Below are positions 1-13,240 of a stretch of 64,000 nt of DNA, piece after piece. The stretch covers positions 638,310 through 702,309 of the forward strand of contig RDEW01000015.1 of the NCBI GenBank assembly GCA_011109175.1. The letters run 5' to 3'. The notes under the pieces are model-generated. The model saw only the letters and a list, made by a program, of their open reading frames with translations, searched no databases and had not been told where the DNA came from. The translations under genes were made by a program, and so were the position numbers. This DNA is from Dicyema japonicum (Eukaryota > Animalia > Dicyemida). Numbering within the stretch: position 1 is the first letter of the stretch; every line of letters begins with the position of its first letter.

Positions 1-16
1 CCAGCTCATTCTTTCA

Positions 17-3000
17 TCACCAACTAAACGAAGGACCTGATCCATTGGTACCTTCCATATCATCCCTCTTTGAGGATCTAACAATTTGCCATTCATCACA
101 TTCCGGTTTTTTCGACGTGAAGTTTCTTCTACCAAAGCTCTTAGGGTTCAAAGAGCGGCTTGGTTTACCGGTATGCAATGAAAAAGACTTCTCAGGGACC
201 ATCTTACTTTCATCACCTCCACGTGATGAATTAGACGATTGTGAGCTCGTCCCAAATACAACCTGTTTTGCAGGGGAAGTCAACTTTTCTGAAATAACTG
301 TCGAGTTTGTAAAAAACGGTTGTAATCCTCCTGTATTTTCACTACAACTCCCACAAAAGGAATTCTTCCAGGCTTCACTGGAAAAGTCATTATTCTGACT
401 CTCCCCCTTTGTTGGATTTTCAAAGCCGACATAGTCAAACGTAAAGTTCCCAAAGGTAGGAACAGGAGCGCCTGAGGTATTAATCGAGGACTTTAGTCTC
501 TCCATCTCAGAAAAATAATTTGGGGGACAAATGTAGTAATTATTCACTATAACAGTCTGCTGCTCTAATTATCAGTAAAGCTAATTTTTACCAGGAAAAT
601 AGTTTGTGGTTGGATTTTTGGAAGATTTGGTTGAAAACTTGTTGTAAAGTCCACGTGAGTTGATGATATCTACAAACTGATCAACCAACAAAACTTGATA
701 TTTTTGAATAGTTTGACTTATCGTTGACACTTTTTACGGACGTGCCTGTGCCTTTGGAGGACTGTCTTTGACATGGTTGAGTCGACTTCTTTGGCACAGG
801 TAAATTTACTTTTCGATTTTTCGAAGAATTGTCGGTGATGTTCTTTCTATTTACGGTTTCCCGGGTTATTTCCGAGCGTTTGTGCGAATTGTCAGCGTTT
901 TTTGCATTTTTGTCTTTAGTGAAATCATTAGTCGTCTTTGGAATATTTGCTGTTCCTTTCTTCTCATTCGCGTCTTTTGAGGGTACTCTTTGATTTACTA
1001 AAGAACCACAATGTAATTTCTGCTGACTCACGTCTTCTGGATAAAAAATGTATTTTTACCAGTATTTCCGAATATAAGATGTTTTAAGGAATTCTCGGCA
1101 ACTTTCTTCTTACCAAAGTCTTCCCAGGTCACTTTTGAACTTGTGAGTGCATTGTCACTGTTTTTCCTATTTATCTCCACAAAGACATCCTTAGTATTTT
1201 TAGAAATATTTTCCGGATAGTTCTTGTCTTCTGAGAGTACCTGTTGATTAACTGTGGAACCCCACGGTATTTTTCGTCGATTCAAGTCCTCCTCTATTAC
1301 ATTAGACTTTTTATAAGAGTAATCAATGTTTTTAGTCTGATTTACGTCTTCAAGGAGTACTCCCTGATTTATTGAAGTACCCCGAGATATTTTCCTTTGA
1401 TACTCGTCCTTCATAGTTAAGATAGCATTTTTTGAGAAAATATCCGGGGTTTTCTCATTTTTGTCTTTCGATGATACTGCATAAGGTTCATAGGCATCTC
1501 CACCATCATTGGTATCATTCATGACGTCTTGGAATTTCTCAAGGACCTTATCAGTTATGTCTCTTAGGGTTACCGTGGGATTTTCATTAAAATCTTGAGT
1601 TACTTTCTTCTGACTGATGTCTTCAGAGGTTCCGACAAAATTTTTAGAATTATCAATTTCTTTATTCGATTCATTAAGGGTAACTCCGTGATTAGTGGAA
1701 GATTCAGTAATATTCTGCTGGTTCATGTCTGCGATCACGTTTGGATTTTTATGAGCACTTTCAAATAGCTCATTCTGATTTAAAACTTCCAATGAAGATT
1801 TAGAAATATCTTCAGCATTCATCCTATTTAGATCCCTCATGGTTAAATCAGTCTGATTGGTGGTGTTTTCATTGACATTCTTATTCATGTAATCCAACGT
1901 TACTTCAGAGATCTTATGAGTATTTTCGTAGATAATCCGAGTGTTTTTCTTATTTGAGTCTAAGACATCTTTTGGATCCTTAGAAGTGTTCTCAAAGAAT
2001 CTCTCCTTGCTTACAGCTTTCAGGGACATATATGCATTTTTGTGAGTATTTTCAGTAATGTTCCCGTCTGTGGCTTCTTGTGTTACCTATGGGTTTTTAT
2101 AAATATTTCTGTAACTTTATATTTATTCGCGCTAGTAGTATTTTCATTGATTTTCCCATTCGAGTCCTTCGTTGTCGCTTTTGGAATAAGTTTCCGTTTT
2201 GCGTAATCCAACGCTGCAGGTCGCTGTTCAGGAGTGACTTTGAACTTTGAATGACTTTCATGGTTATTCACAGTTGATTTGTTGTTTTCTTGTAGTTTTA
2301 GATAGTTTACAATCTGGGCTGTAAACTGAGACAGCCTTCCGTGGAAGAATTTACATTTTAGGTCACCGCAATATCCGTTCAAATAGAACTTCAGACAAGG
2401 GTAATCCTCTACAATAACAGGAAGCTCAAACCGTGCATGTACAAACAGTTAGGTCTCCTATAGCAGCGATCTTTGATGTAAAACACGCAGGGGGCAGGAA
2501 TCTTACTCCCACATTTGCCATTTCTTTTCTTTCTTAGATATTTGGGGGTTGCCTGGAACTCCGCTTTCAGTTTCTGTTTGGCACGTGACAGTTCCATACC
2601 CAGTTTTCTGAGCTCAGTCTCTCTGATCCTTCTCCTAATTCGTTTCCTCTTGCTTTTAGAGTTCTGACTATGAGGAACGACAGGAGGCATACGACGTGGC
2701 TTCAAGATTTCCTACAAATATTTCCTTGGAATACCGGTTTCTTGGTTTTGGGGACATTCACTGGTATATTGGGCTCTATTCTGGTGTTTTTCAAAGTTTT
2801 GAAGTCATTCACTGGAAGATTCGGCTCCATTTTGTCTAATTTCACAGCTTTGGGGATAATCGCTGGTAAATTGGACTTAATTTTGTCGTTTTTCTTAATT
2901 TTGGGAACAATCACAATTGGATCCAAATCCATTTCCTCGATTTTTGGAAAAATCAAGGCAATTTCTCCCCTTTCGGGTGAGGGCGGGAAAGGAGGCGGCA

Positions 3001-3277
3001 GGATGTTACCAAAACAGGACTTCTTCCTTAAATTGTTAAAAAGTACCAAGGCAATTTCTCCACTTTCATGTGATGACGGGAAAGGAGGCGGAAGGATGTC
3101 ACTAAAAAAGGACTTCTTTCTTAAATTGTTAAAAAGTACCCTTCTTTTGGTTGCTTTTACAGCGAAGGACACAAATTGTCGCTTGGGGTCGCTTTCCGGC
3201 AACAATTTGTCAGGAGCGTGGATTACGTCATCGGTGATCTCGCCTTCTTCAAGTTCGGGGTCAAAATTGTGAGACAT
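17..3277 (-). CDS. CCCH zinc-finger protein, ZC3H4/ZC3H6/ZC3H8 (Su(s))-like, 7 exons, about 1036 aa; may continue past the left edge
   Basis: Six ORF-track fragments join in frame through GT-AG introns at 2712-2734 (23 nt), 2409-2431 (23), 2087-2115 (29), 1037-1059 (23), 670-694 (25) and 565-591 (27); spliced length 3111 nt = 1037 codons. The N-terminal ELEEGEITDD and tandem fingers CVFYIKDRCYRRPNCLYMH-EDYPCLKFYLNGYCGDLKCKFFH resemble ZC3H4-family CPYMHGDFPCKLY. The long C-terminal region is low-complexity (N/K/S/T/E). Confidence 0.8.
2955..3140 (-). repeat. 93-bp (31-aa) tandem duplication inside exon 1 of the CCCH gene
   Basis: LFNNLRKKSFFSDILPPPFPSSHESGEIAL followed by LFNNLRKKSCFGNILPPPFPPSPERGEIAL; units start at 2955 and 3048. 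Confidence 0.9.
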
Positions 3278-3857
3278 TTCTAAACGGTTTAATGAAATGA
3301 TAAATGTAAATAGTTATTTTCATGAACCCAACACAGCCGAATCTAGGGATCGGGCATATTTAGCATTGGGTGAAGTAATATCCACAAAAATCATTAAATA
3401 AGCTAATCAATCCGTAACATTAGTCATAATGAGGATAAAATTACTTCAAGTAAAAAAAGTGAACAAAAGAGACGCGCACAAATTATATTTTTAAATTTTT
3501 TTATTTTAATTATTAATTTTGGTTAATAGACAATAAAATTAATTAACTTTTAATTTATATTTTTATTGACAGTATAGACTCCAGAAATCGCAAAGCAGAA
3601 AGATGTGGTGAAAACTGGTTAGTGGGATCTGCGAAGAAGCAGCACAGGTGGAATATCGATGATTATTTTTTAAACGATGCTTAATATTGATCTTAAATTG
3701 TCTTCCTAGTTGTTAGTGAGCCTGTGGTAATTAATGGAGACCTGGGTGATTCGTATCAGGTCATTGTGCGTAAGTTAATGTACAGAAAACAGATAAAGTC
3801 ATAATTCAGATTTTGTTAACTAGGATAGGTTTTCCATTCATCTTTAATAGTTCCATA

Positions 3858-4065
3858 TCAAATTACTAAGATCTTTCACATTCTGATGTTTCTCCATTCC
3901 CGTTTCCTCCGAATGGCTTCCGAAACCTTTGGAGCGGTTGGAAGAATAAGTAAAGGAGTATTTAATATAATCAGGAATAGGATTGCGGAGCGACTCGAGG
4001 ATCCCCATGAACGGAGATGGTTTTACATCTCGGGAATGACTATCGTCATTGGCAACGTCCACTAG
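3858..4065 (+). mobile_element. Decayed 3' fragment of a CRE-like RLE retrotransposon
   Basis: Translates to RFLRMASETFGAVGRISKGVFNIIRNRIAERLEDPHERRWF...IVIGNVH, matching the CRE C-terminus elsewhere in the window (FVPIAIETSG...REAVWLRQRIGIAVIRGNA). Confidence 0.6.
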
Positions 4066-6494
4066 ATTTGTGGTAATGTTTTTGTTTTCGTTTCCGAATT
4101 AACATCTAATTTTGTTAAATAATCGAAGAAGCAGGAAATTAAAAGTCACAAATAAAAAAAATCAATTATGTCACATAAAACGTTTGTTTATGTAACTTAA
4201 TTTGGTAACCGTGGCTTCGCTAACACACAGAAGCTGCGATTAGTAAGCCAAGAGATATCGCCCCCAGATATTTTCCACTTTGATGTAGAGTCCTGATGGT
4301 CGAGGGAAAATAAAGAGATCTCTAACTTCTATTAATGGTCTCTCAAGTGAAGGAAACTGGGGGCTAACAAGAACGTAAAACCAAAGACGTGTGGCATTCA
4401 ACTTCCTGTATACTCATTGTTCTTTTTGGAGGATTTTCTTAGATTTGGACCTCCTGAGTACTGGTGGTTGTAATTAATCTACTGAAAAGAACTATATTTG
4501 AAATCAATATATAATGAACTCCACGCTGGGTAGGAAATTAACGATTTCCGTAATTATGCCCCAACAGACATACATTAATCAAAATTGACAAGAGACTGAA
4601 GTATTTTAGAAACACATGGAGATCTTAAAATCTATAAATTCAGCTGGAGATTTGGTAAGCTGTTTAGTATCCCCGGGTAACCGAGAAAGAAGTTGTCGAT
4701 AAACAACCAATTAAGTGTACCTAGTTCCCACGTTCACCAAGACGAGTCATTCGAAGTTCGCGATTCCATCCAGAATCGGACTAGAGGGGAGAAAACTTCA
4801 GCTCTTATAGTTTGGAAACCCCTCCGAAAGACCGAATAGAGTTGGAGTAAATGATATTTTTGGTGCTATCCTGACACTGAAGTGGTTTATTTGAAGAAGG
4901 AAGAGAAGGGACAGAACATAGGAGAAATTTCAAAAAATAGCAACGGAGAGAATTGAACTCACGGAGCATTGTCAGTGGCATGACAATGATTGAACCTTCA
5001 GCCAAATGATCCCCCAAGTTCTTTCTATTTTAGGTCGGATGTGATTCCCTGACAGATGATCCCCCAAGTTCTTTTGATTTTAGGCCGGATGAGATTCGAA
5101 CCCAGATCCAACGTCCATTCGACATTCCCTTGTTTGGAACATCGATTTCTGATGTCCCCCGTGTCCTTTTCCTTGTTTACGCTCACGGGAAGATTGAAGG
5201 AAGGACTTTCATTCATCATAAAGCTAAACAGACATTTTTGCAATCAACACACGTCAGCACCTCAACCTTCCGACCAATTAACCTCTTGTCTAACCACTTA
5301 GCTACCTATTTACTTTACTAACCCAGGATACACCAAGGAAGAAGCTAATCGATAGTTATTTCCTCATAAATGAAAAAATTTGTGAGAGACTGTTTATATT
5401 ACTAATTATAAGTACGATCTCAATAATAAGAGAAACATACGGAGATTTACTTCACAAAGTGACACGTGGGATATAAGTGAGGTTTTCAAGAGACGAAAAA
5501 ATTTCATAAAAACCATTTCGAAAGATCGCTTGAATCTCGACTTTTTGCTGTCTTTAGCCATTGATTTGTGGAGAAATAAAGTTATCTGTCTGCGGTTTCA
5601 AACATATACGTCTACAACTTCAAAATGAGATCTGTGAATTGGAAAGAACTTGTAAGAAGTCATTCAATTACCTTGAAAACGTTTTCTCGATGGATTAAGA
5701 AGGTAATTTACCAGATGTGCTCGATGGTTCTCAGAATACCAAAGTTATTCAAATACTGAATCTCGTGGAAGATCATTGTTGGAATACTCCAGGAAAAATT
5801 GAGTGAACTGTTACTGAATTAGCCTTGAAGCCATCGAAACCACGTTATCACATCATCTGGAGCTTATAATGTATATTCTAAAGGCGGATAAAAGAATTTT
5901 TAATCTATTAAGAATGAGCGATACGTCACTGGTGAGCAAAGGTCATGCTCAGTGAAGAACTTGAAAAAAATCGACTCAACCATATGTACTCTTCTACTTG
6001 AACATGTAATCAATCTTGAAATACAGAAATCTTACTTTATAACCTAAAAATATAATGGTCATTTGGTCTCCAGTTAATTGGTCAGACATTTAAAATGGTG
6101 ATGTACCCCTATTTACGAAACCCAATCTGCCTCAAATTTTTCTTAATGTGGAATTAATCAAAAAATGAATGACTCTTCAAATTCGTATCACAAAGGAGTT
6201 TTGTAGATAGTCCATATCTTTAGACGCTAATTTTCTTAAGAAAATTTAATTTTAATTTACCCAGGAGCACCAAGAAATAAGTAAAAATTAGACAATTATG
6301 CAAAATCATTGGAATTTAGTAATTTTTGAAAGATATTGATTAATTATCTGTTTTTCAAAAATATATGAGCTCTTAATTGTTTATTCCCGCCGATTTATCC
6401 GTTGTGGCATTGTCTCTCACTATAACTATCGAGATCAATTGGATGAGCCATCGGGCTTCACAGAATTTATGGTTTTATGAGTAGCCAGACTTCT

Positions 6495-6660
6495 CAGTTT
6501 CTTGAGGAAGAATAAGGACTGCCCACTTATGAATGTCCAAAGTTCCTGAGGAAGGAGATAGCCTTCCTATCTATGGACCCCCAGGTTTTTGAGGAAGAAC
6601 AAAGACTCCTATTTATGAACGTCCCAGGGTCCTGAAGGAGATCAAAGACTTCCTATTTGG
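6495..6660 (+). repeat. Degenerate tandem repeat, about 45-50 bp unit, about 3.5 copies
   Basis: Recurring TTGAGGAAGAA...GACT(T)CCTAT(T/C)TATG(A/G)AC...CCAGG units; reads as EEEQRLPIYERP-like with stops and frameshifts. Confidence 0.5.
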
Positions 6661-7663
6661 GGAGAAACATAAATCGACATATCCCCTTTCATCATCATTA
6701 AGGTCGAATTAAAGCCATTATATGGTTTGGCTGTACCTAATGATGACTTTCAGAGTTATGAACAAAAATAAGCTATTTAAGAAGATTTTATTTAATTAAA
6801 GCCTCTAACGGTTTAGGATAACCACTAATACCACATAACCCCCATTATGCAAAATGTATGACTTTCAAGTATATATCAAGGTCACTCTAAGCAACATGGA
6901 TCACTACCACTTGCCCCCAAAATTTTTGGACTCGGAAAAAGTGATATTCATCCCGAATAAGGTGTCTGTACAATAAGAGAAAAAAGTACTCCCAAAATTC
7001 AAAAACATACTCATGGGGACAAATATCAGGTCTAGGATGTAATAAAATGGAATATTTCTCGTTAATTAACATTAATTTGATAATCACCTTTATATTTAAT
7101 TTATCCACTTTTCATTACGCACGCGGGCATAATGCGGTGGATGCGTTGCGCACGCTAGAATTATTAGAACGCCTTCATTTACGTAGAGTTGCGCCATAAG
7201 GGTATGGTTTGTGCATAAGTTCGCCTCGATTAATCATACTTGGTAGGATTTGCTTGTCTATATCAATTTATTATATTGATTATAATCCTCTGCTTTATTG
7301 TATTGATGGCTTCAGGGGGCTATTTAAATCACCATGCAGCAATTATTGCCATTTATAGTAAGAATGGACGCTGAAAAGGAGAAAAGTTCAGTTAAAAATA
7401 ATTTCTACGACGTGACTCCCAAAAATAGTGCAAAACCACATTTCTTCCTGAATAGTCAGATAATGGATTCATCTGCGCAAATTCCTCCAAGGTATTGCCC
7501 CTATATTGTGTGTGGTATCTACCACCCAGATTAATAGCTTATTTTATGGTTATGTGGTATTCGGAGTGCATTTTATTGTTTGCTTTCGATTGTCCATCTC
7601 CTGCCTTTATCGATATATTGATTACCATTCCTTTAAGGTCAACTCGTTTTTAGGTCGACCTTC

Positions 7664-8863
7664 ATGAACGACGACAAAATTGAAATTCTTAAGTTGGCCC
7701 ACGTAGACAAAAACACTGGATCTCATTATGACATCAAGCAGATGATTGCCCGACTGGAAATCAGATACCATTGGAAGGATCTTCAGTCAGATGCGATCAA
7801 CTATGTCCTCAAATGTGAGGTCTGCAATCTTAACAAAACAGGTTTTTTGTCTTCTAACCTTAAGATTTTCCTGATCGTTCCAACCCAATTTTCTTTCCCC
7901 CAACTCATCAAATCATGTATGCTTTTTTTACTATCAGACAAGAAATGACACAATGAAAGGTCAACATGAACCCCCTGCCAACTTATTTAAATTTACAAAC
8001 TTTCTCTCCGATTTTAAGGAGCCTGTGACATTGGTCGGAACTCAATTTACAGGAAATCAGTTTGGAATCCACTATATAAATCCAAAAAAGTCAATTTTTG
8101 ATCCTGTGCGAAGTATTTCCAATATGGATGAAGTGAATTGTCAAGGTAGACATCCCCCTATTTTATTGAGAGCTTAGAAACCTTTAAACCAGTGAAAATA
8201 AAGCCATTTGTGTGTGGTCTCTGTAAGAAGACTTTTGGCAGGAAGGATCACCTGAGGAACCATCAGTTGACTCACACGGAAGTTCGCCAATTCCGGTGTA
8301 AGATTGATGGTTGTCAGAGGACTTTCCGTCGAAAAGATCGTCTGTCTGACCATCTGATGAACTTCCATAACTGTCCCAAGGCCATATTTTGCCACATCTG
8401 TCAGAATACCTTCAAGTCAAAGTCTCTTCTATCGAAGCATATGAATGCTGAGCACTACATTTACAAATGCTCTGTCTGCAAGGCTGGTTTTGAAGAATTC
8501 AATGAAATGGTGAATCATCAACAAATTTATTGCAAATCCGACATTTCAGTGAATCATATGGCTTTACAAAACGTAAATGAAAAAAAGAAAATTTTGGAGG
8601 AAAGTTTGCAGATCTCCAAAAATGAGGAACCTGAGCATGACATGGGAAAAGTAAGACTCGCCAAAGTTATGAAATTGGATGGAGGAACCATTTCCGAGAA
8701 TGTCCCCCATTCGAACACAAGTAATGGAGAATATGCTGCCCCCACTCCTTTGTGGTGGAAATTTGTCGAATTATTTGCAAACTCTGAACTGAAGGAAAAT
8801 ACGGATAATCCAAATTTTACTTATGATCACTACGTGGATTGGTGCCAAAAACAGAATGAGTGA
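7664..8863 (+). CDS. C2H2 zinc-finger protein with an N-terminal integrase-type H2C2 zinc-binding domain (about 374 aa; true start may lie upstream)
   Basis: H-x7-H-x29-C-x2-C motif (HVDKNTGSH...RYHWKDLQSDAINYVLKCEVC) followed by three C2H2 fingers and one C2HC finger. Introns at 7842-7864 (23 nt, contains CTAAC), 7917-7937 (21) and 8146-8177 (32). Joining needs one extra base in the short second exon, probably in the C5 run at 7897-7901 (1125 nt = 375 codons). Confidence 0.65.
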
Positions 8864-9271
8864 TAAGTATTACTTTATTTTACTTTTTTATATTAGAATA
8901 ATTTCATGTTATTTTTACTTCAAATCGACTAGCTGTTTAAGTTACTGGTAAAGTGGATGACCAACTTGTGTGAAAAAAACTTCCAGTCTTATAAAGTGGT
9001 GGTAGCTCTCGTGATTCAGTGCATCCCCTTTTAGGTTTTGTATGGAAATGTGCTTACTCATGCATCTCTTCTTGGGTGTCTCTTTCTTTTTTTGGGTTCT
9101 AGAGTCTCCGAGGTTTCGTTGTGACGGGCTGTCCTAGCTTAGTTTTGGGGCAGAAGATTCAATATCTTAGGAATGTCGAATATAAGGTGAATTTTGGGTT
9201 CGATAATTCCAATTTATTCATATTTGACTAAATCATAAAATCTTTTATTAAGGAAAGAAAAGAAAGTAAAC

Positions 9272-9340
9272 GGCTATATAGCGGCTGCCCTGACTGCATG
9301 GCTACTGCCTCTCAGGATGGCGAGCGAAATTCGCTTATAA
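9272..9340 (-). mobile_element. CRE-like retrotransposon extreme 3' fragment
   Basis: Reverse strand reads RISLAILRGSSHAVRAAAI; near-identical to 35343-35429 and similar to the 35985 element end. Confidence 0.65.
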
Positions 9341-11599
9341 ACGCTAGAAATACATATTTAGAGATATTATCAAATCATGTCCTTATCGCAATCTCATGTT
9401 TATCTGGCTTCAATAAGGACCATCTTTGTTCAGGTTACACAATAGGTATGACCTGTGTTCGAATGCAAAATATTTCGAAATTCTTCAAAAGGCAAATTTC
9501 GTAATTAGGCGACTAAGAGGACCTCGTCGCCAACTCTACATCCCCGACCAGTTAGTTCTTGAAAATCAAGCTATCATGAAGTTTTCATTTTTAATGCTGT
9601 TTGAATGTATGAAAATTGTATATTTAAAGTAAATTTTGTACAGAGAGCTGTTTAATCATTACTGTTCGTTTGCTACTTCCAAATGTGGTTAGTGTCGATT
9701 GGGTAGCTTACTGGTTAGTGTAGTCGCTTGCGTTGCATTTAGTTGTGGGTTTGAATGCAACACGCTACGTACCATTCCGACTGGGGGAACAGAATAAAAC
9801 TACTTTCATGTAATCTGAGGTAATTAAAAATTGTCGCTTTTGAGCGACTTTATATGTATTATCGGCCATATGATGATTTTATCAACCTTTTCTGCTGTCA
9901 TTGGCTCTGGGGGGTAATTTAACATCAATAGGGAACTTGTCGTAGTATCTTCCTCATTTATTAGTATGTAACCACATGATTAATTGGTCAGAAGGTCGAA
10001 TTTGTGACGTAGTTATGGTGCACTATAACGTAGTTCTAGTACGCTTAGTGTCTTTTCAAGGTGGATGTAACGAATGGCTAAGCATTTGATGCATCAATGC
10101 CTGGATTCGAATCTTTCCTGGTTCATTTCGGATGAATTTGAATGTCTTTATTGAGGACAAGAGAGTTATTAATTCTAGAATGTTCTAAATAATTTAGTTT
10201 GTTAACATCTCATAATTAAATCCACCATACATAGGAGACCGGCATTCAAAAGGACTCATCTCTTCATTCCACTGGGAGATGCGCTCCCTGGCGACAAATT
10301 CTGGTTTTGACCTGCCTTGATAAGGGCTTTACTGATACGTGTCAGGATCATGGATTAGTTAGTTTGGCTTTACCCTTGGTCTTTGGAATCATTTCACTTA
10401 TCCCAGGAATATGTTAGACCTTACTAATTAAAAAATCCAGCTGTTCCCCATGGCAGAGGTGGAAAAATTTCAAAAGTTCATCAAAGTTCCCACTGATTTT
10501 TTGTACCCATGCTGTTTTTGTAGAGGGTTGAATCTCTTATTGTACTCGAGGGCGACTACTGCTGATTGATGGAAGCAATCAGTTAGCGTACGAAAAGCGG
10601 AGAAAATAGAATCCACACTCTTGGATTTCAGAGTTGTTAAGGAAAGAAGGGAAAATTGGAAAGGGAAATGGAGATAAATCTGACTTGGAACTTGAACAAT
10701 GAAATAAAACCCAGAGCTAAAGTTCATAGGTCAAAATGGACTCAGGTGTTCTCTACTTTGAATTAAAAACTAGTATCTGTTTATTTAACGGAAAACGAAG
10801 TGAGGAAGGTGTTGAGTCATACAAAGACTACTTACCCTCACAGGCATTAACAATAATTTTTTGGGACAACAGATATCTACACTTTGACAAAAGTCTTCAA
10901 CTTTTTAATAATTATACATTAGTACATAGATCCATCATGCCTTATGCAACCTCGTGGAGCTCATCCAACTCCTGGATAAATGCTGAAACGATCGGGACTA
11001 TCAAGAAAAGGAGGTAAAGAGTGACAGAACAGACGACTATCGGAGAAAAATGATTGCCACCAAACAATCTCAAGTCTAAAGGCTGGAGGGTGCCTACATC
11101 AGGACCGGGCAGTTCACAGTCCTTAACAAGCTTGTATGGGCACAAGAAAATAATAATGAATCATGTTGAAGGCTCTGATGAGGCGTGTTGAGATCTCATT
11201 ATATATAGTTCCAGGTTTTTTGAAATTAAAAAATTAAAATTATTCGAAAGACCAAGGGTAACCAAACTAACTAAATCCTTGATCCCGACTCGTTCCAGCG
11301 TTCCAGAACTTTCTCCGGCTAACGAATAGTGAATCCCTTTGATTCCGGCCAGGCATTGGCGTCTTCTCGATAGGGTGGATCCAATGACGCTATCGAAAAG
11401 AGGGAAAATAATTTTTGACATACTAGCCACATAGCACCATGGCGCGACGCGGCCATTTCATTAAAATCTTTGTTCATTAATACAAACGCATCTAAGCGTT
11501 TTCATTTTATTTAATTTTTTATTTTATTTTTATTAAATAAAAAAATTGGTGTATTAATTTAATAGTGATTTCTTGGTCTTACAATATTTCCTGAAATTT

Positions 11600-13240
11600 T
11601 CGAGTGTTAAAAAAAATTGAGAAGCATCGTAGACATTAGTGATCTAATGAGTCCGCTTTGTAACTTAGGATAGCAGTAAATATAGCGCAAATAGAATCAT
11701 CTTTATGTCCCTAATTCGTATGCATATCTTTCCCATCGTCTAAAACTGAAAATGCAACAACCCATGTCTATCCTCACCATTAGAGCCATTAAAAACAACA
11801 CAGTATGAGGCCGCAGACTTTCCACATCATTGGATGACCTATTGTTCGTATATAAATGCTATTATACATTTTATGTAATTAAGAAATAACAGCTGTTTCA
11901 CAGAAGTGTCATACATTTCTTAGTCAGATAGCTAGGTCATGGTACGTGGACTAAGAGTCCGAGTTTATTCGCGCCTTGAAATACGCAGAGAGGATCTGAA
12001 AGAGGCAGCAGCCTAGTTCCCTTCCAAAAGTACTTTGGACGGGTTGGTAGACGGGGGAGATTAATCAAGCATCAGATTTCGATCCAGAAAAGGAGTCACA
12101 AAAATCGTGAAATGATCGCTGATAGCTTTCGATATCTTAATGCCGAGGGCAGACAATAGGACACGTGATAAGAGTCTGAATTTGATAACTGCAATTGTTA
12201 GCATCTTCTGAATATTACTAGAATTGGTCATCGAGTGGAAGACCTTGAAATTCCACGGAGAGTGTTAAGTCTATGTCTGGTTTAGCCAAAAATTAATTTA
12301 CGAGGGAATAAAAGACATTGGCAAAAAACAACTACAAGTTTGGGGGTCTTACAAAGTATCATTTAGAATACTCAGATAACGATTTTGTTTTCGGCATACA
12401 TAAAGAGGAGAGTATCCTCGGAATAAGAAGGGAATTAAAGAGAGAGTTCTGAGGCACATCATGAAATGTAAGAGTTCTACGATATCAAAATTTCACCCGG
12501 GTCCCTTTAGAGGCATGAAGTAAGTCATTTTTAAAAGAAGGAATGACTGAGGAGGCGATTTTATTTGAAAGGATGCAGCGGGAGATACGAGCAATTGCTT
12601 GGAAAAATCTATAGTAGAAGAGACCATGAAAAGAGGGTTTTGTGGTTATTGAACCCGTCAACGATAAATTCTGTGGTCACTGTCAACAGTGAGTCTTCCA
12701 TTAGACCTCTAGTCGCGTAAGAGAGATTTGTCTTTGATTCGACAAACAATATAATCGATCTTATAAATCTTTATCGGATTTCCGGTAGTCAAAGTCGGGA
12801 ACCTACCTACGTTATTTTATGGCGTGCGGAATTTTGGAATTGAGTGTTGCACAAGAACAAGTCAGACATCGCATAAATATGCTAGAGAGCCACGATAGTC
12901 CCTGACCCCTCTCCCGTGTTGTCCAATAAAACGTTCGCATCCTTTTCGTACCCCAACTTTAGCATTCCAATCGCCCGCAATAAAGATGATGAGGAAGACT
13001 TCAGGTGAGATACAATCTTGGCAAGTTCTTTTATCTTCTAAAAGCGATGTAATCCGGAAAGTAAATCCTTGTGTATTACTCTATAGTTTCCAAAACGTTC
13101 CTCAAGTCCTCTCCTGACCTTCATCTCTTGGAAACAGCAGACTGAACATCGATACTTCTCAACGTCCAGACATTGTTGGTGCCTCTTCGACCAGTCATTA
13201 AGGCCCCTGGCGTTGCAGGTGAGGGTAGAAAACAAATAAT
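11600..13240 (-). mobile_element. Degenerate RTE-like LINE (APE endonuclease, decayed RT)
   Basis: APE start TCNARGLN...CCFQEMK at 13235, then LFLCNT, IDYIVCRIKDK and TVDSDHRI, collinear with the 31927 element. The left boundary is approximate. Confidence 0.65.

Noticed and set aside
45-3272. Plus-strand ORFs 45-398 and 2670-3272, and similar antisense ORFs over DHX8, nAChR and the retroelements
   Set aside because: They are shadows of real coding sequence on the opposite strand or frame, with no independent support.
3570-4065. Possible spliced gene exonising an RLE endonuclease tail (intron-like 3770-3792 and 3829-3850 join in frame)
   Set aside because: No start exon could be built, and CRE homology continues upstream in another frame (KYxDLS at about 3860), which fits a decayed insertion better.
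4150-5900. Short ORFs and a 50-bp period duplication (5006-5096)
   Set aside because: Looks like decayed retroelement sequence, but no diagnostic motif could be fixed.
9701-9774. tRNA-like relic with A-box-like TAGCTTACTGGTTAG, B-box-like GGTTTGAAT and terminal ACCA
   Set aside because: It does not fold into a convincing cloverleaf; at most a very old pseudogene or SINE head.
10239-11400. Inverted similarity between 10239-10395 (+) and 11235-11350 (-)
   Set aside because: Short and gapped; probably two copies of a retroelement 3' end rather than a structured inverted repeat.
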